Positions 10,601 through 25,600 of a stretch of DNA of 64,000 nucleotides are shown piece after piece. Every line of letters starts with the position of its first letter. Within the stretch, counting starts at the first letter, position 1. The position numbers and the translations under genes were made by a program. The notes under the pieces are model-generated. The model was not told the origin of the DNA, made no database searches, and was given only the letters and a program-made list of their open reading frames with translations. The stretch comes from Octopus bimaculoides (taxonomy: Eukaryota): the NCBI RefSeq assembly GCF_001194135.2, contig NC_068986.1, positions 44,654,943 to 44,718,942 of the forward strand, given 5' to 3'.

Positions 10601-13600
10601 TAAGTTTTTACTTATTGATCTACAACTAAGCAGAACAAAACCAGAGATTACCCTAGATGTTAGTACAACTCTGAAATATGATAGTAAGGATTCAGTTTTT
10701 GTTACTGATGCAGGCGCATTTCCCAAAATTTTAGAAAGATTAGCTATTAATGTTACACTGATGGAAAAGGATGTAGATAGTTTGATTTTTAAAGATTTTG
10801 TCACAGCTACACAATTACTGAGAAATGGATCAATTATTACTAAAGATTTAGTAATTGCTGGTTATGTATCTATTACTACAAAGAAAGTTATTACAGTACA
10901 AGTTGATTTAAATGGATCATTTATTACTAAAGATGCATATACAGTTCCAAATATTGATATTGCCAGATTAGATATCCCAATTGATGAAGCTACTCCAACA
11001 AGAATTACTAGTGATGGATATATTGTTGCTACTAACATTACATCTGTTCAACAAATTAACATTGATGGGATGATTATAGCCAAGGATTTTGTTACTATTC
11101 CACGAATTGATCTTGTTGGTACTAGTGTCATTGTTACAGTTCTAAAACCAGAGAAATCATTTAATATTATGGATACAGTTACTGTTTTACTAAGCAATAC
11201 AGAGGGACTAAGTACTACTGTAGATGCTGTGGTGAAGATTGGTCAAGATGAATTGGCTATTGCTATACATACTGTCCAGTATCCACAAGTAGATGTATAC
11301 ACTTCATTTCATACTAGAATACCTGTTACCTTTAAACAAACTGATATGGCTGTTACTAAATCAGGAAGAGTAAAAGATGAGTTTCTTGTTGCTAAATATA
11401 TTGTTTCAGACCCACAAATTTATGGATCAGACATTGTTAGTGATGCTGTTGTAACTAGTTCTGTTGTTATAGTTTCACACAGATACTTTGGTGGATCAAC
11501 TGTAGTTCAGGACAGTGTTAAACCAGCAGAAATTGACATGTATAAATCATTTGTAACCAAGGTTTCTTATAGCATGCATATTGATCAATTGGAAGATGCT
11601 TACATTACTAGAGATAAATCATCCATAGATAGATATATTTCTGTTGTTTGGTATCCTGTTATAACGATTTCTAAGGATGGTGTTACTGTTCCACATATAG
11701 CTGGGCCAGTTCAACAAAGTACATCACTTGCAACTAGAGATCCTGCCTTTGTTTTGGAAGTAGTTAGTGGCAGATCATTTAATCCCAGATATACTGTCAA
11801 AGTACCTCATGTCGATACTGATGGATCAATTAGTTTTAGAGATTTTGTTAATGTTTCACAAGTTGTTATTGAAGAATCTACATCAGTTGCTATGGGTACA
11901 TCTGTAGTTTTGCCAAGTAACACAAATAAATCAATGATTACTACAATTTTCATTAAAGTTACAAAAAAGGATATATCTACTAATACTAAAATAACTGTTA
12001 AAATTCCACAAATAGACAGGGAAGAACCAGTTTTTGGTAGGGATGTTGCTGATGATGTTAGGAAGATTATTAGTGTTCTACGGCCTGATGTAACTGTAAA
12101 ATCAGTTGTTATTATGAGTGCAGTTACAGTTCCACAAGTAGACAGAGATGGATTGGTTATTAAAAAGGAAAAAACTGGGACAGATCCCCAAGGATATATA
12201 ACAGCAATGAAACCACTAACCTATTTTCAGTCGCCATTAACTTTTCGGAAACAGAAAACAATTACAATATATTTACCATGGCATAAGGCTTTTACTTCAA
12301 AATTTATAACTGAGCAGTCTACAACACAAACTAGACTAGATGATATTTGGTGGAAAAGAACACAAATATTGGCTGATAAAGGTACTGATAAAAGAATAAC
12401 TGCTACAGTTATGAGAATAATGGATATACAAACATTAGAAACTCCTCTCCAATTAGGAACTGTCAAAACTTTAATGTTTAGAGTTGGTAAAGATTTTTTA
12501 AATGCTTTATCAACATTCACTACAGAAAGAGAAAGCTGGAAGTTAACTTGGAAATACAATGTGACAACGTTACTAGATATAGTAGTTTCATACCCTACAT
12601 TTTTCTTAACAGTATCACCTACACTGTTAATTTCCTCCACAAATATAAAAACAGATATTGATAAAAGCAAGCCAACAGTTATTCCCATTCAGTCAACAAG
12701 TCCAACTAAGTTGTTTGGTGCAACTATGAATGAAATCATTCAGCTAACAGCAAAAGAACTTTCAGAAGTGGATACTGTTACTTCTCTGACTATACTAAAT
12801 GAAATGATTAGTAGCACTCTTACAGAAGATATATTTGTTTTTTCTGAAACATCAGAAACAACAACAGAGACCACTGATCCTTTTTATTCAATGCTGGAGA
12901 TATCTGGTTATGAAATGCTTCATAAAAAAAAGTTATCTGAACATTTTAAGCAGATGTCTCAGTTAACCGACAGAGATATGGAAATCTTAACACCAATGTC
13001 TTTATTGGCTCCAGGATATCATTCTGCAGACCATCTGAGCTCAGATTTCAGTTCTACCCAACAAAGATATTTGACAAGTATTGTTATCTCTCCCATTGAA
13101 GAATATTTTAGAAAAACACCAGAAACTACACAGTTATCAAAAACCTTTTTTACAAGAAAGGAAAAACATGTGTCTCAAACTGATTTTATACCTAGTTTTA
13201 GGATGCCATCAGTTACTATAGAGACTATAAAGTCAAGAAAATTTGATGGAGTACATAAAATTAAATCTAAAATTATAGATATTACTACATTTAATACCAT
13301 TGATATCACCCATGGAAGATTACAGGGAAACAAAAGCAGATACGGGGAAGGATTAATTCTTTCTACTTACACATCACAAAGTGTAAGTCAACATTCTGAA
13401 GCTCTTTTTATAGGTAAACATGATAATATGAGTGGATTTACTGAGAATTTAGTTCCAACAGTCAGCTCATTTGATGGGAATAGATACCTGCACAGGCTTG
13501 TTCCTTCAAAAAGCAGTTCACAAAATGGGTTAATTTCTTCTTTGAGTTTGGAAATATCAAATCTAACTAAATTCAGTCTTTCAACAACTGAAAAGAAATA

Positions 13601-16600
13601 CAAATTAGACCCAACAGAATTATATGAAGAGCATGGCCTTGGGGGAACAACAGATGTAACATTTATATTGGAAAATACACTGTTGTTTTTACCATTTGCA
13701 AGCCCACCAGTACTGAGTGAATTTATGAGTGAAACCTTAACTTCAGAAACTTCAACAGATGAAGGAGATACAGTATCATCTTCCTTACCAAAAAGTACAT
13801 CAACCCAAACATTATGGAAACCTGATGCATTTCAAAAAACTTCTGATAAGCCAAAATATGACAAAGAGGATAAAATTACACCAAGAACATTACATACTGA
13901 AAATCAGTCTAAAATATATTTTCCATTCTTAAAATTACACAGCCAAGAAACTAGTTTTAAAACTAAAACCTTCTCAGAAGTACAGTCAAGTCCCTTGTAT
14001 CAAAAACTAAAACTTGAATTACAAACTGAACCATACATGCATGATTTCTCAACTAAATTTGATAAATACAGAAGAAGTTTAATAAGTCAGCAAAAAGTGA
14101 AGTCATCCACAGATATAATGCAATCAAAACCCATTAAGTGGCTAGATAGAACAACTGATGGTATTACAAAGAGTTTGGTTAGAAGTGAAGTAAAAGCAAT
14201 GTTGGATCATACAAAACCAACAAGAAGGCATTTTAAGAAAAGAGATATAAGTGAAACTTTTTATCCATATCAAACAAGCACACCAGGCGAGTTTATTGAT
14301 ATTGTTGATTTTTATGATAGTGACACCGTAAAAAAATTAAAAGTTATAGGTTATGTGACAAAAGAACATGGAATTATAATTAAAAATGCTTCTTTTCTTC
14401 ATACTATAACACCTAAAATATCTTCACATAAAGAAAATATTTCAAGCAGTTCTCTTTTAACCCTACCATCATATGAAAGCAATTACGGAGAATTGAAGTT
14501 TAGTAAACATGGTAGAAGTGATTTGGGTGAAATATTTACTGAACAATCAAAAATGCCACAAAATGTATCTAAACCAACATCGAAATTATTCGAGTTGTTT
14601 GAAACTAAACTTGGGACATGGCAACCACTTCTAGTTACCCAAACACCATTGATCTCTGAATTCAAATCTCAGCATCAACTAAAAGAATATACAAAGGGAA
14701 AGATATTACATTCTTTGACTACACTTGCCAGATCTACAAATATGACTAAAACTACTGCATCAAAAGATGAAACATGGGTTTCTTTTAAAAAGGAAAGAGG
14801 AGAAATGACACCCGCTTCATCAATTTATTTATTAATAAATGGCAGTTTAGCCATAGAAGCAAAGACAAAGAAGCCAATAGCAACAAAAGAACCAATGACA
14901 AGAACTACCAGTCGTAAAATGAGCAGTGAAATTACTTTAAGCATTAGGACAAACATTTCTCATTTATCAACACAACACACTAAGACAATCCTAGATAAAA
15001 TAACATTTGATTTATTGGAAAAACTTCATACAACTTTATTTACTCTAGCTGTTGTTTCAAACGGCACATCAAAGGGGTCTTTTATTATTACACCAGCTAG
15101 CAATGACATGCAGTCACTTTTAGCTACACCAGAAACAATATACCAAACATCATTTGAAATGTTTTTATTTAACAAAACTTCAAATGAAAGTAAAGTTTTC
15201 ACAACGATGATGCCTAAAATTAGACATAATATGTTTCAATTAAATGTACTGAATACAACTATGTTGACTACTGCTCAAAAGATATCACAGGTAAGTAAAT
15301 TATTGCACATAATTAAACAAGCTGTGATAACTAATGCAACATTTGAATTAGTAGAAGTATCAAGTACAGTATTCCCAAATATAACAAGTATCACTGCATC
15401 TGAAGTAAAATTGTCTGCAACTACAGATAGAGTGATTCATGTGAAAGGATTAACAATTACAGTACAACAGATGTATGATGCAACAACAGAATTACCTGAA
15501 ATGGCTTTGGTTGTTCTCCATATTTCAGAATATTTTGATTCCTTATTAGCTACAAGTACCAGTGCATTATTTGATAGAAATCTAGATGTGTTCAAAATGA
15601 AAAATGAAAGTAATTTGAAACAATTCCTTCAACTTAGTAGCAATCAATTAAATATACACATGAAAGAGACAACGAAAACATTTCATATTGGTATAATCGA
15701 AACAACAAAATCTCAAAGCAAAGCAACAGAACTGCCTATGTCTGAAATTCAGCAGAAAATTAGTGAAGTTGCTACAAGAATACTACCAACTGAGGTAAGT
15801 GAGAAAATAGATACAGCATTATTAGATGTAGCTGTTTTGCAGGGCACAGCCAAAACACAAATGGCAGTTACAATTCACTTTGAGATATTACACTTTGATA
15901 GTGATCATAATATTTCAGCATTGGTTTTGGAAAATAAAAACATATCTGAGGCTGTTTTGCTTTCTTTCAAAGAAAACAGCACTCTAGCAAAACAGCCGTT
16001 TATTACTGTAGATATTTGGTTTAATAATAAGACTATAAATGAACTGCAATATGACCAAACTGAAAATTACGGGATTACATGGATACAGCAATCTTTAACC
16101 CCTAAAGTACCCATTAAATTCATGACAGAGAGAAGAGTACAAATAACATCACATGATCACTTAACACAAACCTGGAAATTAAGTGAAGCAGTTAAACAAA
16201 CCAATGAGGAAGCAATAACAACAAGAATCCTACTTACTAAAACTACATCTCTAGAAATAGCAACGAAATCTAAGTCCCAGGAATCACTAAATGAAACAAC
16301 TGGAAGTATGTTCTTGTTTAGTAGGGCCCCAGAGAGTTCTTTAGCAACACAGTTAACCCCAGAAATGGAAAGTAAGGTTAAAAAAGCAACCAAATCTAGA
16401 ATAGAAGTTGAAAGAAAATCCTTAGATAGAAAGACTATCAGTAAAACTGAAATATCATTGATTTACATTACAGAGAGTATAACTGTATCAACAGTAGAAC
16501 AGAAGCAAGTTTTACCAAAACCATTGATACAAATTAATGAGTCAAGTACTGTTATAATAAAAAGTGAAGAAAATGCTTATAGTACAGGAAATGTTAGCAA

Positions 16601-19600
16601 TATGCTGCATGTAACCAAGCCATCAGTAGTAATGTTTAAAACCATCAAAACGAAAGCTTTGGCTGACATTGATGTTTATAGGACTGAATTAATAACTATA
16701 AAAAGTATGCCTAAATTTTTGCCTTTCTACCTTGAAGGGGATATTACAACACCAAAGATTCTAATAATCACGATAATATCTAAAAGTGTGATTCCATCTC
16801 AGAGCAAAAAAGTTGTTGAACCATCATTGTCAATTATCCAAATAACATTTGGAACATCAAGTTACGGTAGCATGAGTCAAACTAAGTCTCCATCAGTTTA
16901 CTTAAACAAGTCTATACAGACCATCGCAACATATTTAGGTGTAGATATCAGAAAGACATTGACAAACACTCAGATAAATGAATTTGTATGGCCATTAACA
17001 TCTAAAATAATCCTGGACTCACAGATATTCAGAACACCATTAAGAGAAATTGTAACAGTGACTACTGAAACATCAAAAATGCTAATAGTCAGTAACATGA
17101 CTCATTTATTAACCAAAGCTATACCTGAATTTTTGTCAAAGCACAATACAGAAATCAAAACAACATATTTAATTGGTGACTCAGTAAATTTAACTGAATT
17201 ACCCACCAAATTCATGTGGGATGTATTACTATACAACGTAGGATCACCTAAAATGATTCAGTCACATAGACCAAGACATATTTATCAAATGTCAAATACA
17301 AACAATGAAACACTAATTCTAGTCCCAACCGTTGCTAATGAAAGGTTCATAAGAAAATCTCTAGATTTTGATCAGAATACAAGTTTGTCTTTTCATATTT
17401 CAGAATCTTTGACTTTAGAATCCATTACAAAGAAATCCATAACAGAAAGTACAATCTTTGCCCAAAAAGAATCATTAAAAACTACATTGGACTTAGCAGA
17501 TAAATCGATCGAGACTGAAAGAGTGATTTTTAACATTACAATGCATATCACCCCTGATATTCCTCTTATTTTAGTGACCTCTGTAATGAAGCCACTTAGC
17601 AGTCAATATGGCTTGGAAAAATCATTTGTGTCAAGATATAAATGGGAACAATATTATATGTATAAGGTAGATAAAACAACCTTCCATTTACAGTACTTCC
17701 AACCCTTTGCAAATACATCATTAAAACTAACTCTTTTGAGCACACCCAAGATAGAGTATGATTCTAGTCCACAACTAAACTTATCAGATGTTAAAATTCA
17801 GATTACAACTTTACCTTTTATACCAACACAGAAAATACTCGCACCTAACACTGGTTATGATACCAAGCTTTTTAACTTTACATTTCTCCTGCAGCCTATA
17901 AAAACTAAAACTAAGATAGATCTTAAACATCTTTTCTCAAATCGGACATTTATGACAGACTTGATTAGTTTAGTCCCTTCAAAGATGTCAATTCTAAATA
18001 CATCAATAGATTCCTGGCAGAAAGGCATTTCTATGACTGTTATGCCAAAACTAAACTTTTCTTCATTAGTTTCACCAAAAACTTATTTTAAGCAAGTAAC
18101 AAAAAGAATGAGGAGAATACCATATGTGTCAGTAATAACTGTTACAAAAAGAACTAACTCTGAACAAATGGCTTCTGTGTTAGAAATGCAGACTCCAATG
18201 AAAATATGGACATTAAGAGAAGTAACAAGACAATGGCAAAGAACTGCAAGTTTCTCTGAAATGTATGGGTTAAATTTATATCTTTATACTACAAAATTAA
18301 GTCAGACTTCTCTTCATGGATTTTCGGTTTCTCTAACTCCTCTCAAGTTATTTCCTATTACCTCTCAATCCAATGCTCCTTCTCTCCCAACAATCATTAC
18401 TCTGTCTCCTGTCACTGCTACTCCCTCATATATAGTTACATTTGAACTGAAATTAAAGCAAAGAGAAAAAACCTCAAGTTTGCCAATAATCCAATCAACT
18501 ACTGATGTTACATTTTATAATCAACCCATCTCAAAAACAGAAAAAACATTAACAAGTGTGAAGCCAACTTACAGTGAATCCTATGATATAGTATCCTACT
18601 TCAGTAATGTTAAATTAATTCCGTTCTTCTATGTGGGAGACATCATGTCAACAAATATGGTGTCAATGCAGCTAAGTAATAGAACTGATAGTAGACTTCC
18701 AAAATTAAACTTTACATTAGACAAAGAAATAGCATCTACAACTATGGAATTTATTGAAACAATTATAGACCCAAGTGATGAAAAGGTTTTAAAAATTTCA
18801 TCTTCAACACCTATTAAATTGATCATATCAAGACAAACTTTTCTGACTAATCCTAGTCAACTTTCCATTACACCTATTACTGATTCTAGCTTTTATTACA
18901 GATCAATCCAACCTTCAACTATAACATATTTACACCAAATCACAATGACAACTGGCTTGATGAATGCTTCTATAACAGCATTTTCTCACTGGACAAGTGA
19001 ACAGAAATTAGGAAAAGCTTTTATATCTACATATATGTACAAATTAGAAGAAAAATCTACTTCAAAAAGTTTGCATTTTGTATTTCCAGTTGGTAAAGAG
19101 GTTACTACTGTTTTATCAGGATTTAGTTTTGATGACAGATTAATAAATAAGACAAACAATATTTCACACATAAAGTATTTATTTTCAAAACCTGTGGTAG
19201 TTGATAATAATCTACTATATACACCATCATTTCAAAAGTTATTAGAAAATAGAACATTATTGGTAACAGTCAGACAAGAAATATCTGTAGTTAGTCAGCC
19301 AAAGGTGTTTTCTCCTCAAGAAACATCTAAAGGATTTCTGTTTGCTGTATCATCATTTCAAAATCTATCAGAAAATACATCACCATCTCAATATCTATCA
19401 GAAAGCATCAAGCTCTTCACTAAACCACAAATTCTTAAAACACCTGAAGATATTCTGTTGACCTCAGCTTCATTCCAACAGGTATCAGAAGACATTAGCT
19501 TACAAATAAGATCATCGTTCATTGAAACATCCAAAGATATCTTGTTCACAACAGATCTATCCCAGGGGATATCAGAAAGAACCAGCCTACTAGTTGGAAC

Positions 19601-22600
19601 ACCTTCTCAAAAAATGTATAAAGATATTTTAGTAACAACATGCCCAATTCAAAAAATACTTGAAGAAAGAACAATCTATTCTGAAACGAGGCATTTACTC
19701 CAGACACATCAACTTTCATTCGATGTTACAACCAAACAAGTACTAGAAGAAAATCTTGACTCTATTTCATCAAAACCATATAGTTTTGGAAAATATGTAA
19801 TGCCAGCCTGGATGCATTTTACCACCACATCAGCTTGGAAATTGGGAGAGGTTTCAAAACTGAAAAACCAAACTGACAAACCGGTCACCAGTGGTTTATT
19901 CAGAGTAACCAGAAGTCACTTTATCAAAGAAGAGCAGTCTATTACAGAAAATACTGAAACTGAATGGTATAAATTGCTAGAAGTTTCTACACTAAAACTA
20001 ATTTACAAATTACCAAAAACTAAAAAAGCAACTCGATTATTGATTTCATTTATAGCTTATTCTAACACCTATTTTGACAGTATGATTACTTTTATTACAA
20101 CTCAAACTACAGTTTCATCAAAAGTATTTTCTCCAATTGAAGAAAGTGAGTTAAAAATCAAATCAGTATCACATCACACGGTTACACAATCATTTCAAAA
20201 GTTTGAATATGGTTTAATATCTAAAGATCACAGGCATAAAGTAAATACAATATTTATATTAGATTATTATGATTTTTCAACAAGCCGATACTTTACAACA
20301 GACTCCTCTGATACTTTACCATTTAAAACAGTTCAATATTTTAAAGAGTCAAGCAGTGAAATTTCGTTCTTCCCACACTTACTTTATAATATAACTTCTT
20401 TGTTATCTAGATATCCTAATCAAACTAATGCTTCTCTTTCATCTGCCCAATTGATCAAAAGTACTGATGCTACTTTTGCATTTAGTCAAATCTCTAAAAT
20501 AAAAGTAATAGGTCCAACTACTGAAACTAATGCTAGTCAAATTAGTAAACTTCCTTTCAGTACACTAGTTTCTTCAAAACCAAGTGCTATTACTACTGAA
20601 AGTACAAGCAACTATTTATTAATCAAACCAATATTTAGTGTAGAACCAAAATATCCAAATTTAACAATCAAGTATGAAACAAGTAGAAATGTATCTGAAA
20701 CTTTTGCTGACATTAATGAAAGAAGTATTTTGACAACAGATGTACAATTCCTGACATTTCCTGAAACCAAAGTGGTAAAGAGAACAAGTACTGATTATGT
20801 AATTTGGCTTTTAGATGATACTTCTGAGAAAGTCACACACTATACTTACAAGGAAATTACTAGCTTCCATAAAACAGGGAAAACATTTTATATTTCAGAC
20901 AAAATTTATTCAGAATCATTACTTCAAACCTCTTCTGAAGTAATTGGTTACATTTTGGTAACAAGCCAAGCATTTCAAGAATCTTCTTTGTTTAGAGAAA
21001 GTTTTCAAAGAAAAATAAAATTCACTCAAAAGTCTGATTTTATTAAACAGGTTCAATTGAAGTCAATTTCAGTTACTGTGCCTTTCAGCCATAAGGATTA
21101 TTTTGCCTTACTTCCATCTAGCTCAAGAGCAAAAACTGCTACTGAGGAAATTTACACATATAGACTTAATTTGGAGGACACTTCAATTTCAAAAAGGCCT
21201 CAACACTTATTATCCACTAAAATTAAAACAAGTAAATTTTCTTTAAGTAGTTTTACTATAATGTTTGATGCATTTGAAGATAAAAGAGACCACACTATCT
21301 CACCTCATATTTTTATGTCAACTTTACCTTTTGTAGTCACTTTAGATTATAGCAAAGATGATGCTTTTGCAAAACTGAAAAGGCTTTCTCAAGTCCCAAG
21401 TTCATCAAATATTACTAAATTGATTGTAACTATACTTCCTCCTAAAGGAAGACAAGAATTTTTATCAGAACTTGATAAAATAAGCATTAGCACAGGCTCA
21501 GAGCAAACTGCTATAGTAACAGAAATGGAAGTTGATTATGAAACTCATGAAAAAAATGCTACAACATACCAAGAAAATTCTGAAATATTTACATTCACAA
21601 GCAAAATAAAGACTAGAGTAGCCAATGAAAGTAGCATAAAGAGTGACATTTTAACTGAATCAACACCTAGAAGCATCATAAAACATTCTTTAGAACATAA
21701 ACTAGTTTCAGAAGAAACACTAAGTTATACAACAATTCGAAATGTAACTGACATAATAACAGTATTGCAAGTTACTGACATTGTTACTCAATTTGAAATA
21801 TCAACATTAGCAACCACATTATATAGACCCATGGTAGCTTTAGTAAGTGATGTCAAATCAACAACTGACTCTTTCATTATTACATCAATAATTTTTTTCA
21901 CATCAACAGAAAGCATGTTACTAGATTTTGCTTCAAGTTCTAAAGCATTAATGCATGAACAGAAATTACTTCAAAATAAAGGTTTGCAAAGCAAATATTA
22001 TACTACATATTCAACAAAAGGATTTACAGATTTCACATCAACTTTGCAGGAAAATCTTACATCCATGCTCACAGATTCAGTACAATTACCTGCTTTTGTA
22101 ATTGGATTGTATTCAACAGATATGAAGACATTAATTTTTATTAACACTACTTCAAACACTACCGAATATGTTACCAGAACCTCCAAAACAACCATTGAGG
22201 AACAAAGTGATAGTAAAGTAATAAAGTATACTGCTATACCAGTTGAATTAGATAAACGTAAATTAATATATTTGAAAGAAGTCATAGAGCAGAAATCTAC
22301 CCCTGTGATCTTTACACCAATATCTATGAAAATATATACATTATCTAAAATTATTTCAGAGGAAGTAACTCAAATAACATTCATCACTCTATCTACATAC
22401 CCTGAAACAATAACAGAAACATTCTTCACAAATATATATAATGTCAGACATATTTTGAAAAACATTACAAGGAAAACAGTTTCCCATATATTGAAAAAAT
22501 CACTTCATACAAAAATTGCTCCTGCTGGTCCAATAGATAGTTTGAATAAATCTGTAATGATATCAAAGGATTTAAGCACAACTTTTTTTGTTAAGATTGA

Positions 22601-25600
22601 AACCATAACCTTTCCTACAAAGGAATTCAGTATTTCTCTTCAGTACTCTGATTTGAAGGAAGATATAAGTACCTATGTGCCTAGTCCTGTTGTTGCAATA
22701 TCTACTGAAAATATTTTGGTAACAGGTAAAATGAAACCTTTAATATATCTAAATGTGTCAGATACGAAATATTTTTCAAAATACAACATTAGTTTTAAAC
22801 CTAAAGCACAAGTAATCAGCACTGAACTTAGTCTCACAATGATTATCAAAAACACAACTGGTGATACGACAATTACAAAAAGAGCAAAAAAGATAAGCAA
22901 GAAATTTAGTGAGCTGGAACCAACTTTAAGAACAGTTATTCCAGTAGATATGATATATACTAATCAAACAAATTTAACCATCCCTCAAAGTGCTACTACT
23001 AATTTGGATTTTTATTTGGAAACATTTGCTGTTGTCAAAGATATAATAAAATCAACAACTAAGGAAGATATAAATATGCTTGACATAATAACTACTCTGG
23101 CATTCATTAATCAAATTTCAGAAGAAACTATTTCTGAGAAGCCAGCAATAAGTGTTTCAAATATAGCTTTCTTAAAAGAAACAATTACATCCAGAGCTTA
23201 TGAAGATAATGTTACTGGCATAAAATATATATGGCAATTTGGAATTAGGTATTTTACAAGCTTACCTTATTCTAAAAATGACTACTTTAATATAACACAT
23301 ACCCAAGAAAAAATGTCTGAATTATATATAACAGCAACAACAACAACATCAACTACACCAGTATTTATCATTAAAAATATTTCTATTTCAAAAGATTTTC
23401 ATCAAGAAAAATCATTTTTGACAATAACAATAAAGTTACCTATTTGGATGAAATCTCATGAGGAAGGAACTAAAAAGAGTAGCAAAGATATTTCTGAAAT
23501 GCAAACAACATTTTCTGATAGCAAAATCCTCATAGATGCACCTGCTGGAAGCCTGTACATAGGTGCTGATGTGTATACGAGTGAAGTAACCAGTAAGCCA
23601 ATTACTCATGGTTACATGAATATGACACATAATATTTCAAGTAACGTGTTAACAAAGCTAGATGTTATACCACATCTAAGCAAGAGAGTAAGTATGCTTA
23701 TTACTAATTTTTATGATGAGATTCATCAACAGACTATTCAGAGTCCAAATGTAACCAGTAAGAAAAAGATCATTGAAGAATCATCCAAGATTTTGCCAAA
23801 GCAATCTGCAAGACATACTGGATTTTACTCTACTGTCTTTAGCAAAAAATTCTCTACTCTGATATCTTCATCATATCATTTTTATATAGTTACCACTACC
23901 AGCATTAAAAGGAAATATTTTGTGGGATATACTGTAAGTCCATTTAAATTAGATGACAGTTATTCAACTTTAAAAAGTAGCTATTTCCTATCTTGGAAAG
24001 ATGTTCAGTCAACAGTTAGGTTAGCTATATCAAATATTACTGCTAATACTAGTGACACATCAAGTGAAAAAGCTGAAATAATAATACATGGATTAAGATC
24101 TGGCACAATTTTTCCTCTAGAAAAATTAACTAAGAAGCCTGTCTTCTATACAAGTTACAAGAATGATTCTCAATTAAGTAAAATCGTGGACACTATGCTA
24201 CAAGATACAATTACTGAAATTATAACACCAAGTTTTATTTTGAGGAAAATATATACAGAAATCTTGTCATTTAAGAAACAAATTACTGGAAGTCCATTAA
24301 CATACTTTTATAGACAAGATGACAGTTACAACCAAATAATAAGTACACATGAGGTAATAACTGACAGATTTCAAACTAAATTTGCCACACCTAAAACTGA
24401 GCCTCAGCTTAGTTTTGTTGCTATAAAGAGTACATGTTGTGACTTATATGAAGTCATATATCCTAAGAGCAAAGATGTAACAATACCAAATATATCCTTT
24501 AACATATCTTTTGCTACTTTGCTTTTTAACCAAAGCATTTATATGCTGGGTAGTTACACAGCAGCTATTTTTGATAAAGTAACTATAATTCCATACTCCA
24601 AAGATATTATTATAGAAACAACTGAGAATACATGGGGTAGAGTTCATATACTTCATATACCATTAACAACTGATATGGTATTTGGTATCAACGTTATAAA
24701 TGTATCTGACATTGGCATTTATGAAAGCAATGATACAGTACAAACATTGCAAAAACCAACAGAAACATCAATTGACATTATTGATACTACTGATAATGTA
24801 GTTAAATATTTTAAGGAAACAGAGACATCTAAAATAATTATAGCCACATCCCAAATAAAAACTGATATCAGAATGAAAACTACTGAAGCTGATAAAATGG
24901 CTTCATCTACAGTAAGCAGTCTAATATCAATGTTGTATCTAAAAGCTAAGACCAAGTTAATTTCTACTTTTCATACATTAAAAGATTCACCTGGAGTATC
25001 ATATAAAACAAGCCTTGAAGTAATTTCAAAGAAAAATGACACAGAAACAGTAATGACAACATATTTTATTGTTCCTCATATGGAAGATAAAAACTATAGT
25101 AATCTGATGATATTTGGTATGACACCAATTTTAGAAAGTAAAATCATTCTTAAAAACAAAACAGAAATAATGCTAAGTTCATTCCCTGAAACATTAGAAA
25201 CCTCCTTATTGCATTCTGGATCACCTGAAATATCAACTGATCATTTTAAATCACAAGAAAAATTTTTATTCTCTACTTTTGAAAAAAAAGTGATACCTGT
25301 TACCCATAGAACCACCACCACAAAAATCAATGTAGATAAATTACCATTAATAGAAACTATCTTTCCGAGCTTGCAAACAGTTAGTATCAGAAAAAACCAC
25401 ACTGTTTCAATACCAGTCATCACTTCCACAAGAAGTTTTAAAAAATCATCTCAAAAGGAATATAAAAAGGATGGGCTAAGTTATCCATTTAAACTTAAAT
25501 CAGAGACAATGAAGGAAACATATACAAAGGTAAGAGATAAGACAACAATGCCAAACCAAACCATGGAACAAATTGCCATAAAGAATATTCTGCATTTAAA

